53,568 nt of DNA from Flexilinea sp. (lineage in GTDB: Bacteria; Chloroflexota; Anaerolineae; Anaerolineales; Anaerolineaceae). The notes beneath the pieces were generated by a model that had not been told where the DNA came from, ran no database searches, and saw only the letters and a program-made list of their open reading frames with translations. Position 1 is the first letter of the stretch. The number at the start of each line of letters is the position of its first letter. Location of the stretch: positions 1-53,568 of the forward strand of contig DAOUFB010000032.1 in assembly GCA_034430135.1 (NCBI GenBank). Direction: 5' to 3'. Position numbers and translations under genes: made by a program. This document shows positions 48,197 to 53,568 of this stretch, piece by piece.

Positions 48197-49420
48197 CTAT
48201 TGGATCGTCAACCTCAGCTTAAGCGTTTGCCCAAAGTCCAGTCCATCCGCCGCGCTCAGGCGAAAGAATCCAGTGTACGTTCCTTTCGTTTCCGGCGCGG
48301 TAAACGTCATCGAAATTACCGCCACTTCGCCCGGCTTCGTCTCTGGAAGAGCGACGACTGGAAAAATGAGCGGTTCCGTGACCGGAACTAAAACCGTTCC
48401 CGCCTCCCATGAGCAGCTCCCAATATTCAGCACGCGCCACCGCTTCTCCAACACCGCGCCAGCCGCAACAACTTCGCCGTCCGTGAGTGTCTCGTCGCCC
48501 AAAAAGCGCAGCCCATAGGTACAATCCCGCCGTTTGACAATTTCGCTTAACGAGACCGCACGCGTAAAATCCTGAGGCAGCGCGACGTTCTGCGCCTCAA
48601 TAAGCGCCATATCTGCGATTTGCTGCGCGGAACCGTCCTGACTGAGAACCGTCAAAATACGATTAATCTCCGGAATAAGCGTCGAACCCTCGCGGCAAGC
48701 AAAAGCGAACCGCGGTTTCATCCATGCCTCGCTCAAAAACTCGTAGGTACCGCTGAGTTCGAAGCGCCGTTTATAAATCGGCGACGTCGTCAAATACACG
48801 TCAATTTCGTTCCAATTCAACGCCTCGACCGCCTCTTCGCGCGAGTCGTAGATTTTGACCTGATGAGGCGGAACGAGCCCTGCGCCGATCCAATAAGACT
48901 GGACGTACTGCGCCTGAACCGACCCGCGCTGGACGCCAATATTTAGCCAATTTAAATCCGAAAGCTGAATCATCGTTGGAGCTAAATCGGACTTGAGACG
49001 CATGAAGCCGAAGTCGGATTGATAATAGGCGAGCGAGAAATCGACGATCGAATCGAGTTCATCGTCGATCGGGATCGCGCCGGCAATCATGTCGACCTGC
49101 CCCAGCCGCAACGAATCAATGACACCCGCATACGCCAGCTCAATCACCTCAACCTCAACCTCCAACGCATCGCCGATCCGATTAATCAGCGCAATGTCAA
49201 TTCCTTGAAGCTCGCTGTCTATCCCCGAATAAGCAAAGGGAGAAAAATTCGACGCAACACCAACATATAAGATGCGGTTCTGCCGAACGTTGCGAAGATC
49301 GTCCGCCTGAACCGCCCCCACCCATACGCCGAGCATCAGGATCGAAAAAAGAACCGCGATTCCGAGACGCGGAACCAGTCCGTTTATCCGGGTAAGGAAG
49401 TCCGATTCACGACGATTCAT
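48197..49420 (-). CDS. Amino-acid-type solute-binding domain (SBP_bac_3) fused to an NBR1-like Ig (FW) domain
   Basis: Signal/TM; PFAY..GIDI, IGVQRGS; C-terminal DETLTDG..KRWRVLN.G.C.W..APETKGTY..F. Confidence 0.85.
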   Translation of the reverse strand: MNRRESDFLTRINGLVPRLGIAVLFSILMLGVWVGAVQADDLRNVRQNRILYVGVASNFSPFAYSGIDSELQGIDIALINRIGDALEVEVEVIELAYAGVIDSLRLGQVDMIAGAIPIDDELDSIVDFSLAYYQSDFGFMRLKSDLAPTMIQLSDLNWLNIGVQRGSVQAQYVQSYWIGAGLVPPHQVKIYDSREEAVEALNWNEIDVYLTTSPIYKRRFELSGTYEFLSEAWMKPRFAFACREGSTLIPEINRILTVLSQDGSAQQIADMALIEAQNVALPQDFTRAVSLSEIVKRRDCTYGLRFLGDETLTDGEVVAAGAVLEKRWRVLNIGSCSWEAGTVLVPVTEPLIFPVVALPETKPGEVAVISMTFTAPETKGTYTGFFRLSAADGLDFGQTLKLRLTIQ

Positions 49421-49520
49421 AACTGAAATTATACTCGAACCCGAATCGTCAAAAACATACCGCCAAAAGGCGAAAACGGCTAAAATTGGGGAAAAAGCGG
49501 ATCAGAAACGAGGAGAAGCG

Positions 49521-49970
49521 ATGCCCATTACACAATCCGGTCAAGCCTGCGTCGAAATCAGCGCCAATATTGACGACCAGACGCCCGAAACGCTCGGTTA
49601 TGCACTGAACCGGGCGCTCGAAACGGGAGCGCTCGACGCGTGGTTCACGCCCATCCAGATGAAGAAGGACCGTCCCGCGGTCTGCTTCACCGTCTTGGCG
49701 CGTAAAGAAGATGAAGCGCGTTTCGCGGAGTTCATCCTGCGTGAAACAACGACGCTGGGGGTCCGCGTTCGGGACGTGCGCCGATATATCGCTGAGCGGG
49801 AAATTATGACCCGTGAGACGGAATACGGTCCCGTCCGATTCAAGCAGAAATTCCTCAACGGGAAACTCGTTCACGAACGTCCGGAGTACGATGACCTCGA
49901 ACGCATCGCGAAAGAAACGAACCTGCCGCTCCTCACGATCTCAAATCAAGTTCAGAGCTTGGGAAAATGA
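49521..49970 (+). CDS. Stand-alone LarC C-terminal domain (LarC2-like)
   Basis: ANIDD.TPE, GALDAWFTPIQMKK.RP, ETTTLGVR, PEYDD..RIA. Confidence 0.88.
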   Translation: MPITQSGQACVEISANIDDQTPETLGYALNRALETGALDAWFTPIQMKKDRPAVCFTVLARKEDEARFAEFILRETTTLGVRVRDVRRYIAEREIMTRETEYGPVRFKQKFLNGKLVHERPEYDDLERIAKETNLPLLTISNQVQSLGK

Positions 49971-50008
49971 CAAAATACCGTCTGACTGGAATGAATGGTG
50001 ACGTAGAA

Positions 50009-50040
50009 GAAGAGAACGGCGCTCCCGCGCCGTTTTCTTC
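50009..50040. terminator. Hairpin between the convergent larC2-like gene and glyQS
   Basis: gaagagaacggcgc-tccc-gcgccgttttcttc. Confidence 0.7.
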
Positions 50041-50053
50041 TCCTGTAAATTCC

Positions 50054-51463
50054 TTAATCTTCTTCGATGACGCTTAAGAGCCGCGGCAGCAGATCCGCAA
50101 TTTTCACCCGCTCCTGAGCCATCGTGTCCCGCTCTCGGACCGTAACCGTTTCATCCTCAAGCGTCTGATAGTCAACCGTCACGCAGAACGGCGTCCCGAT
50201 CTCGTCCTGATAGAAATAGCGTTTTCCGATATTCCCGCGATCGTCCCAATTAACGCCCATCTTCTTCGACAAAAGTTTAAAGACTTCCCTCGCCTTATCG
50301 ACAATTTCCGGCTTATTCTTAACGAGCGGGAAAACTGCAGCCTTGTACGGCGCAATCGCCGGCTTAAAGCGCAGCACGACGCGGTTATTTTCCGTGTCTT
50401 CCCAATAAGCGTCGCACATCGCCATCAAGAAGAGACGATTAATCCCGACCGCCGGCTCAATCACATGCGGAACGACCGTGCGTTTCGGATTCATCGGATC
50501 CCGAACCGACAAGTCTTTTCCGGAATGGTCAATATGCTGCTGGAGATCATACGACGTTCGATAGGCGATGCCCCAAAGTTCCTTGAACCCGAACGGGAAT
50601 TCGTACTCGAGGTCATAGGTTTCCTTGCTGTAAAACGAGCGTTCCTGATCCGAATGGCGGCGCCAGCGGAGTTTCTCCGAGCGGATTCCGATTCGTTCGT
50701 GGATAAACTTGAACATGGCATCCTGCCATTCCTTGAAAATCGGCTCCCATTCTGACTTTTCCGGATCGAAGAAGTATTCGATCTCACCCTGTTCAAACTC
50801 GAGTGTTCGGAAAACGAACTGACCGGTCGTGATTTCATTGCGGAAACTCTTCCCAATGTTGCCGACGCCGAACGGGAGCTGGACACGGGACGAGTTCAGA
50901 ATATTCGCAAAGTTCGTGAAAATCCCCTGAGCCGTTTCGCCGCGGAGATAAACCGGAAGCTTTTCCCCTTCAACGACGCCGATCGCCGTCTGGAACATGA
51001 TATTAAACGCCTTAGGCGGGAAAACGTCGTTTCCGTCCGGCGTCTTGACTTTGTACTTTTCGATAAACGCGCCGATTTCTTCGAGCGACATCCCGTCAGT
51101 GACAATTTCCTCATCAATCGGATGCTTCTCCAGCCAGGATTCGATCAGGTGATCGGCACGGTAGCGCTTATGCGTAACTTTATCTTCCACGAGCGGGTCA
51201 TTGAATGCGTTGACATGACCCGAAGCCACCCAGGTTTCGGGGTGGAGAAGGATTTGCGTATCCAGCCCGATCATGTCCTCACGCGTTGTAATCATGTCGT
51301 GCCACCACAAGTTGCGGATATTCCGGAGAAGCTCCGCCCCCAATGGCCCGTAATCATACGAGCTGGTCAGCCCGCCGTATATATCGGATGTTGGATACAC
51401 GAATCCGCGCCGTTTCGATAACGCGGTAATTTTATCAAGCGTTGCACCGGTAGAATCACCCAT
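50054..51463 (-). CDS. glyQS: Glycine--tRNA ligase, alpha2 (homodimeric) type
   Basis: KRRGF..S.IYGG..YDYGP.G, ETAQGIF, GKSFRNEIT, PHVIEP, IGKRY..QDEIGTP. Confidence 0.96.
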   Translation of the reverse strand: MGDSTGATLDKITALSKRRGFVYPTSDIYGGLTSSYDYGPLGAELLRNIRNLWWHDMITTREDMIGLDTQILLHPETWVASGHVNAFNDPLVEDKVTHKRYRADHLIESWLEKHPIDEEIVTDGMSLEEIGAFIEKYKVKTPDGNDVFPPKAFNIMFQTAIGVVEGEKLPVYLRGETAQGIFTNFANILNSSRVQLPFGVGNIGKSFRNEITTGQFVFRTLEFEQGEIEYFFDPEKSEWEPIFKEWQDAMFKFIHERIGIRSEKLRWRRHSDQERSFYSKETYDLEYEFPFGFKELWGIAYRTSYDLQQHIDHSGKDLSVRDPMNPKRTVVPHVIEPAVGINRLFLMAMCDAYWEDTENNRVVLRFKPAIAPYKAAVFPLVKNKPEIVDKAREVFKLLSKKMGVNWDDRGNIGKRYFYQDEIGTPFCVTVDYQTLEDETVTVRERDTMAQERVKIADLLPRLLSVIEED

Positions 51464-51683
51464 TTTTAAACCTCTTAAGCCGAACCCATGGCTCGGAAAA
51501 TTTATTTCAACCGTCGAAAATTTTATCATACCGCCCTTAAGCCGGCGCATGGGTTCGTCTCCAGCGTGACATCCGCGCACGCCTTCCATTCCTTACCCCA
51601 GGATTATGACCCCGAAAGCGTTATAATTTTTTCAAAGAATCATTCAAAATTTTGACGCTGCCTTAAATAAGGAGAGAAATAAC

Positions 51684-52778
51684 ATGATCAACATCGCGAA
51701 ACCGCATCTCGGCGAAGAAGAAAAAAAAGCCGTCGCCGCCGTCCTCGACTCGGGGATGATTGCCAACGGTGCGGTCGTCACCCAGTTTGAAAACGAATTT
51801 GCCGCCTATATCGGCGCGAAACACGCCATCGCCACCACTTCCGGCACGACCGCCCTCGAAGTTGCGTTGCGTGCGCTCGGAATTGGAGCGGGCGATAAAG
51901 TCCTGACGACGCCTTTTTCGTTCATCGCTTCAACAAATTCGATCGTTTACGTCGGCGCAACGCCCGTTTTCGCCGATATTCTTCCCGACACGTTCACGAT
52001 CGACCCCGCCGCTATTGAAGCCGAACTGAAAGCTGACCCAAAGATCAAGGCGCTCTTAATCGTTCATCTTTTCGGTCAGGCGTGCGACATGGATCGAATT
52101 ATGGAGCTCGTTAAGAAATATAACCTGCTCCTGATCGAAGACTGCGCCCAGGCGCACGGCGCGCGTTGGAACGGGAAAATGGCGGGAACGTTCGGCGACG
52201 CCAGCTGTTTCAGTTTTTACCCGACGAAAAACATGACGACCGGCGAAGGCGGCGCTGTCCTGACCGATCGCGAAGACGTCGCGGAAAAATGCCGTCTGCT
52301 CATCAATCACGGCATGAAAGTCCGCTACCATCATGACATCATCGGCTACAACTACCGAATGACGAACCTCAGCGCCGCGATTGGACTCTGCCAACTGGCG
52401 AAGCTTCCAGATTTCAACGCCAAACGCCGCGCCAACGCTGCGAAACTCAGCCGGCTGATTACCAACCCGCTCATCGTCACGCCGGTTATCGACCCGAAAT
52501 CTGACCACTGCTTCCATCAGTATTCAATCCTCGTTCAGGACGGGCATCGGGATGAATTTACGGCGTACCTAAGCGCCAACGGGATCGGCTTCGGAATTTT
52601 CTACCCGCTCTCCATTCCCGAACAGGCATGTTATGCTGAATTTGGTTTCAAAACCGACTACCCGGTGACCGACCGCGTCAAGACCGAAGTCGTCTCCCTT
52701 CCGGTTCACCCGTCCTTGAGCGATGCGGACATCGAAACTATCGCCGCCGTTGCCAACCAGTTCCAGCCGAGTAAATAA
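51684..52778 (+). CDS. DegT-family sugar aminotransferase (WbpE-like)
   Basis: PFSFIAS, EDCAQAHGA, FSFYPTKNMTTGEGG, GYNYRM. Confidence 0.95.
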   Translation: MINIAKPHLGEEEKKAVAAVLDSGMIANGAVVTQFENEFAAYIGAKHAIATTSGTTALEVALRALGIGAGDKVLTTPFSFIASTNSIVYVGATPVFADILPDTFTIDPAAIEAELKADPKIKALLIVHLFGQACDMDRIMELVKKYNLLLIEDCAQAHGARWNGKMAGTFGDASCFSFYPTKNMTTGEGGAVLTDREDVAEKCRLLINHGMKVRYHHDIIGYNYRMTNLSAAIGLCQLAKLPDFNAKRRANAAKLSRLITNPLIVTPVIDPKSDHCFHQYSILVQDGHRDEFTAYLSANGIGFGIFYPLSIPEQACYAEFGFKTDYPVTDRVKTEVVSLPVHPSLSDADIETIAAVANQFQPSK

Positions 52779-52861
52779 CGATTCGCTCCATGGATTATTA
52801 TCTTAAGTCAGGAAAAATCAACCCGATTCAGTCAGCCCAAATCTGATCAGAAAGGAACCTC

Positions 52862-53419
52862 ATGACGGAAGAAAAAAAAGCTCCCTATATCGACCCAACG
52901 GCGCATGTCTCCCCACGCGCAAAGATCGGCGCGAATACGAAGGTTTGGATCAACGCTCAGATCCGTGAGGACGCTGAAATTGGCGAAAACTGTATTATCT
53001 CGAAAGACGTCTATATCGACCATGCCGTTAAAATCGGGAATAACGTCAAAATCCAGAATGGCGTCTCCGTCTTTAACGGCGTGACCCTTGAGGACGAAGT
53101 TTTCGTCGGACCCAACGCCGCCTTTACCAACGATTATTACCCGCGCGCGTTTAATCAAGATTGGGAAATTTCCGAGACGCTCGTCAAGCGCGGCGCATCG
53201 ATCGGCGCGAATGCCACGATCGTCTGCCGCCATACGCTGGGCGAATACTGCATGGTCGGCGCCGGTTCGGTCGTCACGACAGACGTTGAACCGTATACCC
53301 TCGTCGTGGGGAATCCAGCACGTCCGATCGGAAAAGTCTGCCGCTGCGGCGAACGGCTGTTTAATGATCTCGTTTGCGTCCGGTGCGGCTTTGACCTCAA
53401 GAAAGCGCTTGATAAATAG
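52862..53419 (+). CDS. Hexapeptide N-acetyltransferase (WbpD/WlbB-like)
   Basis: IGNNVKIQN.VSV, FTND..PR, GASIGANATIVC, VGNPAR, C.CG..C..CG. Confidence 0.9.
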   Translation: MTEEKKAPYIDPTAHVSPRAKIGANTKVWINAQIREDAEIGENCIISKDVYIDHAVKIGNNVKIQNGVSVFNGVTLEDEVFVGPNAAFTNDYYPRAFNQDWEISETLVKRGASIGANATIVCRHTLGEYCMVGAGSVVTTDVEPYTLVVGNPARPIGKVCRCGERLFNDLVCVRCGFDLKKALDK

Positions 53420-53455
53420 AGCTGTCTGAAAGATACGGCGTGGATCCGAATGGAT

Positions 53456-53484
53456 TTGCGGATTCGCGCCGAATCGTGTATACT
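53456..53484 (+). promoter_or_regulatory. Sigma70-type promoter of tRNA-Pro
   Basis: TTGCGG-17nt-TATACT ending 10 nt upstream of the tRNA. Confidence 0.65.
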
Positions 53485-53494
53485 ATCCTGCGTA

Positions 53495-53568
53495 CGGGGC
53501 ATAGCGCAGCCCGGCTAGCGCGCTTGCATGGGGTGCAAGAGGCCCCGGGTTCAAATCCCGGTGCCCCG
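53495..53568 (+). tRNA. tRNA-Pro(GGG); 3' discriminator/CCA cut off by the window end
   Basis: CGGGGCA/TGCCCCG acceptor stem, CTTGC-ATGGGGT-GCAAG anticodon arm, GTTCAAATC T-loop. Confidence 0.95.

Noticed and set aside
51464..51683. T-box leader upstream of glyQS
   Set aside because: The short divergent intergenic region has no AAGGTGGCACCGCG-like T-box consensus.

Overview
A 53.6-kb chromosomal window from an anaerobic bacterium, probably an Anaerolineae-type Chloroflexota (inferred from the NBR1-Ig, G5/beta-propeller and SPFH-HTH proteins and the alpha2-type GlyRS). It holds housekeeping genes (nadD, obgE, rsmD, gcvH/PA/PB, pepA, rluB, a TrmH methylase, acpP, glyQS, tRNA-Pro), an 8-gene amino-sugar/polyprenyl-phosphate glycosylation cluster, ygeY-ygeW and several secreted proteins. 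Main observations: (1) a ~5.3-kb GH2/MFS/ketopantoate-reductase island lies between intact nadD and an ~87%-identical relic of its 3' end that differs largely by synonymous changes; (2) an intact sucC-sucD pair lacks the phospho-histidine and several ATP/Mg ligands, so it is probably a pseudoenzyme, and sits downstream of an SPFH-HTH gene; (3) a permease-less, apparently cytoplasmic trio of DUF1858-SBP, G3E GTPase and ABC ATPase may handle metals or metal clusters; (4) an Arn-like amino-sugar decoration pathway; (5) a secreted protein with a 16-Cys domain. No CRISPR array, transposase or integrase was seen. All family calls come from motif recognition by eye, not database searches.
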